Positions 12,679 through 25,789 of a stretch of 64,000 nt of DNA are shown here, piece by piece (position 1 is the stretch's first letter; each line of letters starts with the position of its first letter). Under the pieces are notes generated by a model that ran no database searches, was not told the DNA's origin, and was given only the letters and a program-made list of their open reading frames with translations. This DNA is from Octopus bimaculoides (Eukaryota), in contig NC_068997.1 in the NCBI RefSeq assembly GCF_001194135.2, positions 19,438,973-19,502,972 on the forward strand. The letters are read 5' to 3'. The translations under genes and the position numbers were made by a program.

Positions 12679-13282
12679 TCTGTATATCTTTGCTAAAATA
12701 GTTCAACGTTTTTGATTGACCATTTGGCTTCTATAACTTGTTTTGTGTTTTACAATCATCATCATCAACACTGTTGTGGTCTTTATCGTCATTAGCATGA
12801 TGATGATCATCATCAGCATTATTATAAACCAGGTTTCAAACACCAAGTTAATCTCTGTGATGAAATAGAATAGAAAGTGACAAGTTTACATAAGTGGCTC
12901 TGCTCCTTGGCTTGTGATGAGGGATTAATAATGTTGTTGTTACTTAGCTTCAAGTCAACCCTGACTGAATAGTTCTGTGATTAAGGGTATTCTACCTGGG
13001 TTTTTTTTTTTTGGGGGGGGGGGTTCCCATATGTACTGGAACCTATGATTACACTATCCAACATATCCATTTGTAAAACAGTGAGATATGATTTAAGGGA
13101 AAATTTGACTGCTATTTCTAGCTGGTCGAGTGACCACATAGCTATTGATATTTAGTGGCTGCCTAGCCTTACCCCTATCTGAGTAGCTAGAAATAAAATG
13201 CCCTGTACTTCTGTACTTTGTTTCTTTAAAGATCAGACTGCTCTTTATATATGTTTTTTTGTTTTCATTAATTACACCCTCT

Positions 13283-13665
13283 GGAGGCGCAATGGCCCTG
13301 TGGTTAGGGCAGTGGACTCGCAGTCATAGGATCATGGTTTCGATTCCCAGACCAGGCGTTGTGAGTGTTTATTGAGCAAAAACACCTAAAGCTCCACAAG
13401 GCTCCGGCAGGGGATGGTGGCGAACCCTGCTGTACTCTTTCACCACAACTTTCTCTCACTCTTTCTTCCTGTTTCTGTTGTGCCTGTAATTCAAAGGGTC
13501 AGCCTTGTCACACTGTGTCACGCTGAATATCCCCGAGAACTACGTTAAGGGTACACGTGTCTGTGGAGTGCTCAGCCACTTGCACGTTAATTTCACGAGC
13601 AGGCTGTTCCGTTGATCGGATCAACTGGAACCCTCAACATCGTAAGCGATGGAGTGCCAACAACA
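13283..13665 (+). mobile_element. Full-length tRNA-derived SINE family D with 9-bp TSD
   Basis: A-box-like TGGCCCTGTGG, B-box-like GGTTTCGATTCCC, (CAA)n tail, flanked by ACACCCTCT at 13274-13282 and 13666-13674. Confidence 0.9.
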
Positions 13666-16630
13666 ACACCCTCTAATTGACCTTAGTAGGTGGCCAATGA
13701 CCTCTTACAGCAGTCATCATCATTATCACCACGATTATCATTATTGCCATCATGTGGCACTTGGAAACTGCATGGAAGTTCATTGGATGAAGTAAAGTTG
13801 TATAAAAAAATCCTATCTTGTCAAACAAAATGAGTATCACACTGGTTCTGTTTAGGGGTTATGTTATAGATAAAAATATCTGTGGAATAGAAGCAAATAA
13901 AGCACTCACTACTTTGGGAAGTGTGTTATATTATTTATTGGGTGACTGATTTACATTTCTTCTCTGCACATAACAAAACTTACCTGAAGATGTGACCCTT
14001 CTCATAAGAAAAAGTGTTTTGTAATGTTAGATATCATCTTCATAATAGTGTGTCAAGGATAAGTCCTCCCTCTGTGTACCAGGTTTGTTTTACAGGCATT
14101 GGTGATTATGGATTTCCATGCCAAAGTCTGAAGATGCATGATTTTTCTTAGGAACAATAGATACATAAGTAGTTTCATGTTACCTTTTGCCAGTATATTT
14201 GCAGTTAATTGAGCCAGGCTCCTACTCTTCCAAGCTTACCCTTGAGGCATGGGGCCAATTTAACCATTAAGTAAGGAAACTGGTTAATGTGACATCTGAG
14301 CATGTCCACATATTGGTGGGCCTGTGTGACATATGTCAAGGAGCCAGCCCTTCTCCAAATCCTATATGTTAATATCCATAGGGTCATATTCTGCTATTTC
14401 ACCCACAACTGGCACAAACCTCAAATTTTGATCTATGCAAAAATCAACCCATCTTCAACATTACTGGTTATAATAAATATGAAATAATTGAACGGATATG
14501 ATAATTGGACAACCAATATGTCGTGGGTTCAAATCCACTGCAGGTATTTCATTGCACCATTCAGCAGTGAAATCATTTCTGTCAGTCTCAGTTCTCTAAA
14601 TTACCAATCAAATGATCTGAGAATGGTAACTTGTGGTAAACTGGATGATATGTTTGTTAAACCCTACCAGGTTGTCTTTTATTCAAACCCTATCTAGAAT
14701 GACATTGTGTCATCATCACCATCATCATCATTTAACGTCCTTGTTTCCATGTTGGTGGCCAACTGCAATGTTCTTGCAAAAATCTTCACTTACAATGCAT
14801 GGGTCAACATAAAGCTATAGCAGAGGACAACTTGCCAGAGTGCCAGTTGGTGGTATCAAACCTGGAACTGCATGATTGCAAACTAAACAGCTATGTTTAC
14901 ATCACTTTGTTGGCCTCCTGTGTTTTATGTTCTTCCATAGTTCAAGTGATTCTGTCTGTTGGGTGTAATATATTGATCATGCTGTGATTGCTGTCAATGG
15001 AGCTTTTAGCACTTGTAGATTATATACATATACATATATATCAAATCTGTGTTATATTATATGTCTAACTCTGCACTGATTTATTACAACAGAAGTGCCC
15101 ATTGATTGTAGTTGCTGAGGAAATTGAAATAACCAGTCTCTAAAATGTAGAACTATACATTAATAATAAATTGCAATCAACTACCAGAACATGAACTATG
15201 AAGATTAGCATTCTGTCATGACTGGTAAAACCAATTTCAGTGACAGGCCTCACATATTTCTCAGTTTAGCATCACCACCTGGTCTTTAGGTGCTTTTAGT
15301 TTGTGTAGCAGGTCTTCCCACATGGGTTCAACACCACCAAGATCCAACTACAGAGCCTCTACATGATCATTCAACCTGCAAGAAGTAGTAACCAAACATC
15401 CTTCAAATCACAAGTTTTAAGAAAAGGCAAAATATATGGGATAATGTAGTGCTAGGTACATCAACATTGCTTTTTGCATCTGCTTTTTCATGTTGACTTG
15501 GCTTATATGGGACTTTTTGATGCAGTGTTTTGCAACTACATACCATTTCTGATAGCAACTATTTTAGATGCCTTCTACAACATGCTAAGAAGACACATTA
15601 GAATGTGTATGGTAGTTTCAAATACATTGTGTGAAAAATATAAATGATAGAACGTAATTGTAGTGTGGAAGATATAAATTAACTATTCAGAAACACACAA
15701 AGACCATTAACTTTACTTAACCCTTTGGAGACGGAGCCTTGCTTGGAGTTTCAGTGCCAAGAAGACTGATCCCTTTTCACAAGCCCTACAGTATGCATGC
15801 ACTTATTTTTTTAAAAATTATAAAAAATAAAGTAATTACTTTACATATTTAAAACTATACATATTGTTGTAGGAAATTGAATGAACTAATACAATCTTTG
15901 CCATTTGACTTTTCAGACGCTAGATTGGCTCTGTCATCTCCTAAGGGTTAAACATTTATTTGTAATTGGATGACAAAATTTTCACCACTCAAAACTGCAA
16001 CCTGTTCGCTGGCAAAAATTTCAACACCATATTACAAATAAATATTTAAGTGAAGTTAAGAGTCTTCCTGTGTTTCTGAATGGTTATCTTTTATCTTCCA
16101 TGCTGCAATCACTTTAGACTCTGCATGTGATCTTAGATCAAAACACTTGCTTTGCAAGTACATTTCTGTAATGATGGGATGACTGAGGCTGAAATGTCTT
16201 GACCAGAGGTCTGATTGGTCAGAACTTTTTGTGAGGCAAAGCAACACCACCACCACCACTATGACCACCATATGACCCTTTGGTGCAAGTGTTCAGACCA
16301 AAATCATGATTCTCTCTTGGCCCTTGATTTTTCTGTAGATTTTTCAGGTTAGACATCTTCAACATTAGACTCGCCAATCTTGGAAGAAGGTTTTCTAAAG
16401 TCATAGAACTGCTTCCTCTATTTTCCCATAGACATTGCTCACTACCTGGAAGAACAGACAAAATGTTGACCTCTCAGTAGCCCAACACTCTCAGCTGTCA
16501 TAGAGCATCTATTTATTAACCATTTCACTGAGGAATTAAACATTATGGTTCTTCCAGCAATGATGTTAATTATCTACCAAAAAAATAAAATTGATACTTT
16601 CTGTAAGTCATACTTGACTTATCTCAACAG

Positions 16631-16702
16631 AAAATAGCTTCAAACATGACATTCCACAAAGAACGCTGGATTGGTTTATAAAACTACTTTCCACAGATAA
16701 GG
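16631..16702 (+). CDS. Candidate 72-nt exon, product unknown
   Basis: ttatctcaacag| acceptor and AAGG|GTAATG donor; phase 1-1 open: NSFKHDIPQRTLDWFIKLLSTDK. Confidence 0.3.
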
Positions 16703-17152
16703 GTAATGGAATTTTGGATATATCTGCTTTCTGCTGTCACAGGGTTGAACACTAAGGATCTTTTCTCTCTCCAGACAGCTTCACTATATTTTGATTGGTG
16801 TATTTTCTACTTTTATAGTCTGGAATAGAAAAAAGAAAAAAAGAATTGTAAGATTACAATTGATTAAGAGAGACTTTGTGCTTAATTCTTGTTTTATATT
16901 AATGTATTAAATGAACAAATAAGAAACCAGTCATGAATAGAACACATATTTGGGTTTAGTGTAGTTGATATTGCAAGAACATCTTCGGGATTGATTCATT
17001 TGACAGACAATTCTTCAAGGTAGTGCCCCAGCATGGCCACAGTCTAATGGCCAAAACAAGTAAAAGATTCACACAGGAAATAATTAAAGGGAACATTGCA
17101 TATGGCAGAAGTCATTGCCTTCTTTGATCATCAGCGGATGAACATGATAACT

Positions 17153-17379
17153 TTAACCCTTTAGCACTCAGATTATTCTATCAAATGTAAAGTTTATGTA
17201 TTCACACCATTCTAGATTAATCATGCATTATTTCATGGCTTTGAGATTTCAATGATGTGATTATTTTATTTTTAAAATAACACTGTTAGGTAGCTATGAA
17301 AGACCATATCTGACCAGTTAGAAGATAAAACGTAGAATATTTTGGCCAGATACGGCTGGTTGAAACACTAAAGGATTAA
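17153..17379. mobile_element. piggyBac-like MITE (TTAA-CCCTTTAGCA...)
   Basis: TTAA at both ends with imperfect TIR ccctttagca / cactaaagga; same family as 49047-49479 and the partial copy at ~716-870. Confidence 0.65.
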
Positions 17380-18348
17380 GTATCTTTTTCTGCTTATTTC
17401 TTCATTTCTTTCTCTTTCTTTTTATTTATATACTTTTTGGCAGTTGTTAGGTCATTGTAGTTGACTACTGAACTATTACATCACAGTCTGTGAACAAAAG
17501 CATCATTAATTACAGGTTTCCAATAAACTAATCACCATTTCACTGAATTTCTGGTTGTGAGAGTAGCAAGAGAATATCTGTAATTTGGTGCAACAGACAT
17601 ATTTTTTTCTTTTTTTTTTGCACGTATGACTTTATTCAAAGAACATTTTTGCATTTTGTATTGATATTTATCTCCTTTGCCAATTTACATCAGCAAAAGA
17701 TACACCCATACTTATGTATTCAATAAGTTTCTGTATAGTTTCTATCTACCAATTTCTACATACAGGGTATTGGTCAATCCAAAGCTATATCAGAAGACAC
17801 GTGCCTAAGGCGCCATGCAGCAGGATTGTACCCAGAACAATGCGATAACTAAGTGAACTTCTTAACCACACAGCTAATCTTGCACTTCAGAGGATTTCAA
17901 TGAATCAAACTGATAATCCTAATCTTTAATCTAGTCAGTCATTTTCGTTTGTCTGGTGTAACAGTGAATTGCAGTGTTGACACACTGTGGATCGTCATAA
18001 ACTAAAAAAAAATTTTTTTTACCTCAATCCTAGCTAAAAGATACAGAAAACGTTACTGGAAGTTGTTTGGGGAAATTAAACATCAAAATTCTAGTGTAGC
18101 TTAATCTCCAACACAAAAATGAGGTTATGAGTCATTAGTATGTGTCCTTCCAGATCTCAGAGAATTTTTCTTCTGTTCTGAAAATTTACCATTCTTTTTT
18201 CTGTTGCTTTATTTAAAGAAACATCATCACCATAAGCTGCAGTTTTAGCATCAACATCTTAATTCTATCTCCATGGACATTGAGCACATGTTGGGTGTAT
18301 ACCTATATGTATTATATTTTTGCATGTTGATATACATTCATATATGAC

Positions 18349-18767
18349 TGCTCTGGTTGGGTCATGCGGTGCATATGGAGGAGAACAGCTGCATAAAGAA
18401 GTGTTGAGCTCTAATTGTGGTGGGAACATGTGGAAAGGGTAGACTCAGGACAACATAAGACAAGGTGGTGAGAAAGGATCTTCAGATGCTGGGCCTCACT
18501 GAGGAAATGACACAGGACTGGGAGATGTGGTGATTTGCTGCACTTGATTAGACACGCAGAGTTAAGTAATATCGCTGTCTTCCACACATATAAGCGTGTC
18601 CTTTCAAGTGTTGGTGCTGCATAAATGCACCCAGCACTCTGTTAAGTGGTTGGCATTAGGAAGGGTATCCGGTCATAGAAACCATGCCACAACAGACAAT
18701 TGCCATCCAGACAGCTCCGTGCAGGCCAACTCTATGTCAAACCGTCCAACCCATGCAGACTTTAAAC
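18349..18767 (+). mobile_element. RTE-clade LINE 3' end (degenerate ORF C-terminus plus 3'UTR)
   Basis: Translates LLWLGHAVHMEENSCIKKC*ALIVVGTCGKGRLRTT*DKVVRKDLQMLGLTEEMTQD, matching the RTE WxGHVxRM...GRGRP...W..VV..DL pattern. Confidence 0.8.
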
Positions 18768-19072
18768 CAGTGGTTCCCAAAGTGAGCGGTGGAAAGTTCC
18801 TAGGGGGCATTGAAGAAAAGTGGGGCAATAATGGCGTAGAAATTCATGTAAAAATTGGGGTGATAATGGGGTAGCGATTCATGCAAAAATTAAGGCATGT
18901 AAAAACAACAAAATAATGGGTTCATTAAGTTAAGTTTTATTTGTGAAATACAGTTGCTTTGAATTTGCTTCAGAAAGAGGTTTATGTTTGTGATGGTTAG
19001 TTGGGATGGGGGCATAATAATGTAGCCTGAGTGACAAGGGGGCAGTAGCCCATAAAAGTTTGGGAACCACTG
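18768..19072. mobile_element. hAT-superfamily MITE inserted in the RTE tail
   Basis: TIRs CAGTGGTTCCCAAA / TTTGGGAACCACTG; perfect 8-bp TSD CTTTAAAC at 18760-18767 and 19073-19080. Confidence 0.92.
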
Positions 19073-19344
19073 CTTTAAACGATGATGATGATGATACCAA
19101 ATTGACTGACAAGGCATGAGTTAGTCCAAAGTTATAGTAGAAGACACTTGTTCAAGGTGCTTCCCCTTTATGGAAATTTGATTTTAATTACAATTGAAAT
19201 CTGAACAGAATGTTTATACAGGTGTGTGCCTATATGTGTTTACATACTTGTGGTGTATTTGCAGGATTTTTGAGTGTGTGAGAGGTGGTGTATTTTTATA
19301 TATATGGTTGAAGGTATTACTCATGTGTAATTTAGGTACATGTA

Positions 19345-19377
<33 letters not shown>

Positions 19378-19506
19378 ATATAAATGTGTAAGGTTGTGGT
19401 TTTAGGTGTACATGTGATGTAATTTTATGTATTTGTCTGTGGTGTATGTGAGAGAGAGCATGATTACAGTAATGTGATTGTATTCAATTCATATTCAATA
19501 CAATGT

Positions 19507-19875
19507 ATTGTATATGTACATAGTTTATAACATTACTTTTAGTTGTAGTGCCTGAAATCTGCCTTGACTAAACAAACTTATAATCAAAGCTATTATAATA
19601 GTTACCATTATACAATTTATTTTAGGTACAGTGTATCTGGGACTACATTATATAATGTATCCCTTTTGTTTAAAAGATGACAGGGTGTGGTTTATTGTAT
19701 ATGTACATAGTATATAACAGTTTTAGTTGTGCTTGAAATCTTCCCTGACTAAACAAACCTATGACCAAAGTTATTCTAACAGTTACCATCATAAAATTTA
19801 TTTTAGGCACAATGTATCTGGGACTACATCATATAATGTATCCCTTTTGTTTAAAAGATGACAGGATGTGGTTTA
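19507..19875. repeat. Tandem duplication, two ~181-187-bp copies
   Basis: attgtatatgtacatag...atgtatcccttttgtttaaaagatgacagg.tgtggttt occurs twice, head to tail. Confidence 0.9.
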
Positions 19876-20850
19876 GTTGCTATTTTTATTAAGTAGCCTG
19901 ATAGAATTCCCTCATTGGTTTATCTAGTTTCTATCATCCATATGTGTACTGTGATGACCTGTAATCAAGTTTATTTTTAACTCATAGCAATCTAGATGAG
20001 TGTGAAGCGTATGTACTCTATAACCTCTATTATTATCACTTAGATATTGACTAATATCTAGTATGATTGAACCTAAGATCAGACCATCTTGACTTTTTTT
20101 CAGTCTGGAAAATGTGAATCACCTTCACCTTTAATCAGTTTTATTTACTGTGACTTCTACAACAGATCAACATTAAAACCTTTTAGCCAGCCAAGATGTT
20201 TCCATCCTTAAAAGCCCAAACGAACATTTCAGAATACAGATCGCATTTAACATTTATTGATAGAAACAGAATGACTTTTCAACCTGTTAACTTAATGTTT
20301 TCTGTTCTCATACATTTTTAAGCAGCTTGTTTTGTTGTTTTTGTTTTGCTTTGTTTTTCTTCCCTACCATTCGCCATCTGATGCTGAATTAGTCATATTT
20401 ATTTATGTGCATGTCCTTAGGCTAGTATTGAAAAAAACCCAAAATAAATAAATAAATAAACACCGCCCTGCCTCCTTACTTAGCATAGCCCAAGGGCTCC
20501 TATGATTTCTTTTCCTATTAGGCTACATTTGAAACATGGTGCTTTATAAAACAAAATAGAATCCTCCACCCTCCAAAAAAAACGAAAAAAAAAAAATGGA
20601 AAAAAAGCAAGAATAATAGCCTGGGAAGTCATTCCAGAGGAATTAATAATAATAGTGCGTCTCTGAAATTTAGGCAGCATATAGATTTTAGTTTTGTTTC
20701 CATAGCAACAAAGCAACAGACCACACTTAACTATCCGAGACATTTATTTATGCATTTATTTAATGCTATTCCATTTCCATCTCAAAAATAGAAATCAAAC
20801 AAATTGAATTCCAGAATATGCTGGAATAAATTGATATCACAAAGTCAGTA

Positions 20851-21340
20851 CATATGCTTGCCTCAGAAGCATGCTAATTGAAGGGGAAGCTGGAGCCTCT
20901 CTACATGGCCACTTATGCCTGTTAGAAATAGCAGCCAAAAAAAATCTCTCGCTCTCTCTCTCAAATCATATATTAGCTTCTCAAGACTGCATTGGATAAT
21001 AAAGTCTGAGATCAACTATGTTGGAAAAGATGAGATGGTCATGACTAGAATGGCTTTCATTTTATAACTCTGCTTTGCCATGGCTGAGCTGTGGATAAAC
21101 ATACTTGCTTCAGAAGCATTCTAATGGAAGGGGAAGTTGGAGCCTCTACATGGTCAATCTTGCCTGTTAGAAATAGCAGCCAAAAATCTCTCCCTCTCAA
21201 ATCATATACTAACTTCTCAAGACTACATTGGATAATAAACTCCAAGATCAACTACATTGGAAAAGATGGGATGGTCATGGTTAGAATGCCTTTCTTCATA
21301 ACTTTGCTTTGTCAGAACTGACCTGGGAATAAACAACAAC
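20851..21340. repeat. Two tandem ~249-bp copies of the abundant 'ctagaaatagcagccaaatctc' interspersed repeat
   Basis: Head-to-tail duplication; the family also occurs near 9075, 13060, 15355, 21660, 30940, 31440, 37310, 37570, 40190, 56150 and 59000. Confidence 0.8.
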
Positions 21341-22479
21341 ACTACCAACAATCAAAAATATGCTAATTGAACCATTAATATCTTCTCTACATTATTTCTA
21401 GTCTTTGTGTGTGTTTCAAAGTTGTTTCCACTTCATGTCCCTAAATCATAATTTATTCCCCTCCTAGATTTTATCACGTCAGAAATTTACAGTTCTTCAC
21501 TCAGTAGCATTGGTATGAAATATCCATGGTGGAAACCTATTATACTTTCCAGCATTGATTTTCATAATAGACTGTTTGTTATAAGGATGAATGCATCTAA
21601 TGTACTTTTATTTTAATTTTTCTTTTTTTTTTTTTTCGCTACTGGTTCATCAAGCCAAATGAGGGGGAACTTTCTGCGTACCTATTCAGTCCACTAGAAA
21701 TAGCAACCAAATCTCTCTCGGATCACACCATAACATCTTAGGAAGACAAATATAGCTAGCATACATTAGATAAACGTGGCTCTAGATACTCCATGCCTTA
21801 AAAAAAAAAAATAAAAGTAAACCTGGATGGGCATGACTGGGACGCCTTTTATCATAGGTCTGCTCAGTCAAGCTGACCTGGAACTAACCAACAAAGCCCT
21901 ACTTCATCTTTGCCCCCTCCCACTTCATCTTACTGCCTCCCACATTATTATCCTTTGGTATGCCCTCTTTTGCTATCCCCTCTTCTTCAAAACTACCCCC
22001 ACCTACTTCTTCCTCTTTTATGCCTTATACTTCTACTTTTTCCTTCTTAACTCCTCTTGTTGTTTTGATTTCTTTTTACATTCTCACTGCTCCATCTCCT
22101 CCTTGTTGCCATTCTATAAAATCAGTTTTTCACCGAACTATCTGCCGCAGCGATCTTGTTGTGACATCTCCCATCACAAAGTAACCTCTCCCGCGGATAA
22201 GCATAACAGTCATCTCCGGTTCCATCCACAGAACAATAATAGAATGTCATTACGAATGCAAGACAGAGAGAGAGAAACCAAATGAGTGAGTGAAGAATAT
22301 GATCTGATGGATGAGGAAGAGGATATTGTAAATCTGGGAAAGATTTGATTAAAGATTGAGAGATGATGTTAAATGTAATAAGAAGTAACAGCAGATGTGC
22401 ACGCATGCATGTACGCACACACAGACACTTATATACATATATGATAAGCCATTTTATTTTATTTATCTTGCAAGTTACT

Positions 22480-22960
22480 CGGGTGACCCTGCCAGTGATG
22501 GTGCCATGCAAAAAGTACCAGTGATGGTGCCACATAAAAAACACTTCTGCTGGTGCCATGTAAAAGGCACCAGCACTGGTGTTAGCACCACATAAAAAGC
22601 ACTGGTGTTGGTACCACATAAAAAAGCACTGGTATTGGTACCACATAAAAAAGCACTGGTGTTGGTACCACATAAATAGCATCCAGTCCACACTGTAAAG
22701 TGGTTAGTGTTTCGAAGGGTATCCAGCTGTAAAAAGAAAAAAAAAAAAAACCATGCCAAAACTGACCTTGCCTGTGCTGGTGCCATATAAAAAGCACTCA
22801 GTCCACTCTGCCCAGTGGTTGGTGTTAGGAAGGGCATCCAGCCATAAAAATCATGCCAAAACAGACAGCAAAACATGGTGCAGTCTTCCACCTAGCCAGC
22901 TCCTGTCAAACCGTCCAACCCATTCCAGTATAGAAAGCAGATGTTAAATGATGATGATGA
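22480..22960 (+). mobile_element. RTE LINE-type 3' tail with expanded ~27-bp subrepeats
   Basis: gcactggt.ttggtaccacataaaaaa x3; ends gtcaaaccgtccaaccc...gttaaatgatgatgatg. Confidence 0.75.
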
Positions 22961-24508
22961 TGATAGTGATTTGAGGGAAGTTTTTACTGCTATCTCTAGC
23001 AAGTTGAGTGACCACATAAAGAACAGAGGGTTTCTTGGTAATGATGGTCTTAGTGCAAGTTGGTGGCAACATTTAGTGATGCTGGTGATGGTAATGATGA
23101 TGATGATGATGGTGTTGCATGTAAAAATGTATGAAACTACAACTCCATTGTGTATCATATTGTCAAATAGCAAAAGAAAGAAAGAAACGGTTATTTTACA
23201 CAAGTCACGCAACAAACACCTTTCTATGACTATCAAACAATGCATTTTGAAATACAATAACAATTCCCGGACTATACAATAGTAATTCTGGCCACACTGG
23301 AAAACTGCCCAGACATGTTTAGGAAAAATAAAAACCCCATTTAGTTGGCATTGCATGTGTTTTGGCAAATACATTCACTTGCTTCAATATCGGTCGGTGT
23401 AATATATAATAATGTCAAAGAACATAATCTAATTCTTCATAATGTCAATTCTCTGCCAGAAATATCAGCTTCTCTTTGGAAACAGTGGCAATATTTTTGT
23501 ACCAGATGTAAAATTTATTTTGGTCAGATATGCAACATGCAACCCTTAATGGTTTCCTATTTCACCAAGAGAATTCTATTTTTTTTTTTTTTAATTAATG
23601 GCAATTTATTGCATTTGGAACAAGAGTAATAATAATTCTTTCTATGAGAGGAACAAGACCTGAAATTTGTGGGGAGGGATCTACATTGGTTACTTCAACC
23701 TCTATACTCAACTAGGGGTTATTTTATCCACTCCAAAAAGATGAAAGGCAAAGTCAATTTCAGTAGAATTTGAACTCGGTGTTTAAAGATAGATGAAATG
23801 CTGCCAAGTACTTTGTCCGATGTTCTAACAATTCTGCCAGTCCAATAGCAACAACAACAAAATTAATAATAATAATAATAATAATAAATGCCCTGATGCA
23901 GTACTAGGCAGTGACTCTCATGGTTTCTGATCTTAACATTGTTTTGTCTTGGTATAAAATATGGGCTACAAAAAAAAAAATTCTGCTCAATGCCACAGAT
24001 TTGCTTGTCAGTTGTTTGACCTTAATCAGTTGAGCGTGTCCCTTAGTAGCTCACAATATGTGCATCTCTGATCATGAGCAGAAGTAGTGGGGGAGCATAG
24101 CCATGTGTTGAGAGGAATTTTGGGGGGTTTGGATAATTCACCTTTGGAAACATAGGTGTTTTATTCAACATCCTTANNNNNNNNNNNNNNNNNNNNNNNN
24201 NNNNNNNNNNNNNNNNNNNNNNNNNNNNNNNNNNNNNNNNNNNNNNNNNNNNNNNNNNNNNNNNNNNNNNNNNNNNNNNNNNNNNNNNNNNNNNNNNNNN
24301 NNNNNNNNNNNNNNNNNNNNNNNNNNNNNNNNNNNNNNNNNNNNNNNNNNNNNNNNNNNNNNNNNNNNNNNNNNNNNNNNNNNNNNNNNNNNNNNNNNNN
24401 NNNNNNNNNNNNNNNNNNNNNNNNNNNNNNNNNNNNNNNNNNNNNNNNNNNNNNNNNNNNNNNNNNNNNNNNNNNNNNNNNNNNNNNNNNNNNNNNNNNN
24501 NNNNNNNN

Positions 24509-24812
24509 TCTTCGTTTTATTTGCTTTTTTCTTTTAAAATTTGCTGTTTTACCCTAACCCTAACCCTATCACCGATAGAATTGTTTCAGAATCGTTTGTT
24601 TATGTAGTCGGCACTTAATGTATATCGGCTGAATGGACGTCAGTGATTGGTTGAAATTACAGAAATACGACATGGAATAACTTAGGGATTTCTTTTTTTT
24701 TAAAGAAGACTAAGAGAAAAAGATGTTTTATATGACACATTCTACCAGTGTTCCAAGTTTCAAAGTGTTTCGTTAATGAAAAATGTGGCCCCCGTTTTAA
24801 AAAAGATCCGAA
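24509..24812. mobile_element. CpG-retaining interspersed repeat with a short (CCCTAA)n motif
   Basis: accctaaccctaaccctatc at 24551-24570 followed by non-telomeric CpG-rich sequence. Confidence 0.45.
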
Positions 24813-25789
24813 AATTCTAACTGGGCCCCTGCAAGGTCATCTGTTCTCAAAAGAAAAAAAAAAATTCTCTCTTCAGTCACACTTTCTCTCTTGACTACTT
24901 CTATCTATAGAAATATGCAAGAATGAGTCCCACTCCCAAGAATGGTAACCTCTTTTACTCTGCAATCAACCAATCTCATAAATAACTATTTCCTCTATTA
25001 TTTGGAGTTTCTTTCCTTCCTCAGTTTGAAACAGTATGGTTTCTGTTGATCCAAATTAAATGTTTTTTTTTCTCTGTTATGAATCAGATTTTTCTTAATT
25101 TAAAAACTTTGGTAAAGCAACGATATTACATTTAATATTAGTAAACTCTTTGACCACAACTAGGAAGTCCTCCTGCCTATGGTCCCCATCTGTCTCTGAA
25201 CTCTTAAATTGGAAGTTTCCTGTTTGATAGCTTCATCACAGCAGGCATTGTCAAATTTGACCCAAATTCTCTCATCTCATGTGTTCTTCAGAGTTTGGTT
25301 AAATCCTCCACAATTTTTTTTTTCTGTTTGCTAATGACCTACTTGTTGTTACTTCTAACTCCACTTACTCCCATGCACATGACAACATCCTCCACTCTTC
25401 TTTAACCCTCTACAGACAGCTGTTATCATCATACAATTTAGATGCCACACCCTAGGTATAAACCGTTTCCACAAACACCCACCAATGTGAAAAAAAGAAA
25501 AAAAGAAACTGGTTTTCTTTGAAAGTGCAGGCACAATAGCTATCACACATGTCATAAAGACACAATCTAGCACTTGATAAGTCAAAATTATACAACTAAA
25601 TCTATCCAAGCTGTTATGAATGCTACTCTTTATAATTTCTCATGATCATTCATGAGAACCACATAAGTATATGTCTATGAATTTGTTTTGCAAGATTCCT
25701 GATGTGTAATCATGTGTTGAAAGAGATGTTGTCATATTTTGGGATGGTCATTTATTTATTTATTTATTTATTCTTGACATCAACAATAT

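Noticed and set aside
13283-13360. tRNA gene
   Set aside because: The tRNA-like A/B boxes are the head of a SINE with body, tail and TSD; the same applies to all family A/B heads
12130-16460. Series of minus-strand YAG|GT sites (12140, 13985, 16446) as a recursive-splicing system
   Set aside because: A rough composition estimate gives a few CAGGTAA per strand per 60 kb by chance, and pyrimidine tracts are common in this DNA; no enrichment can be claimed
21827-22691. 152-aa and 189-aa ORFs as real proteins
   Set aside because: Mostly derived from a pyrimidine tract and LINE-tail subrepeats; only the 22126-22285 core is retained as a finding
24551-24570. Chromosome end / true telomere
   Set aside because: Only ~2.5 repeats, internal to the scaffold
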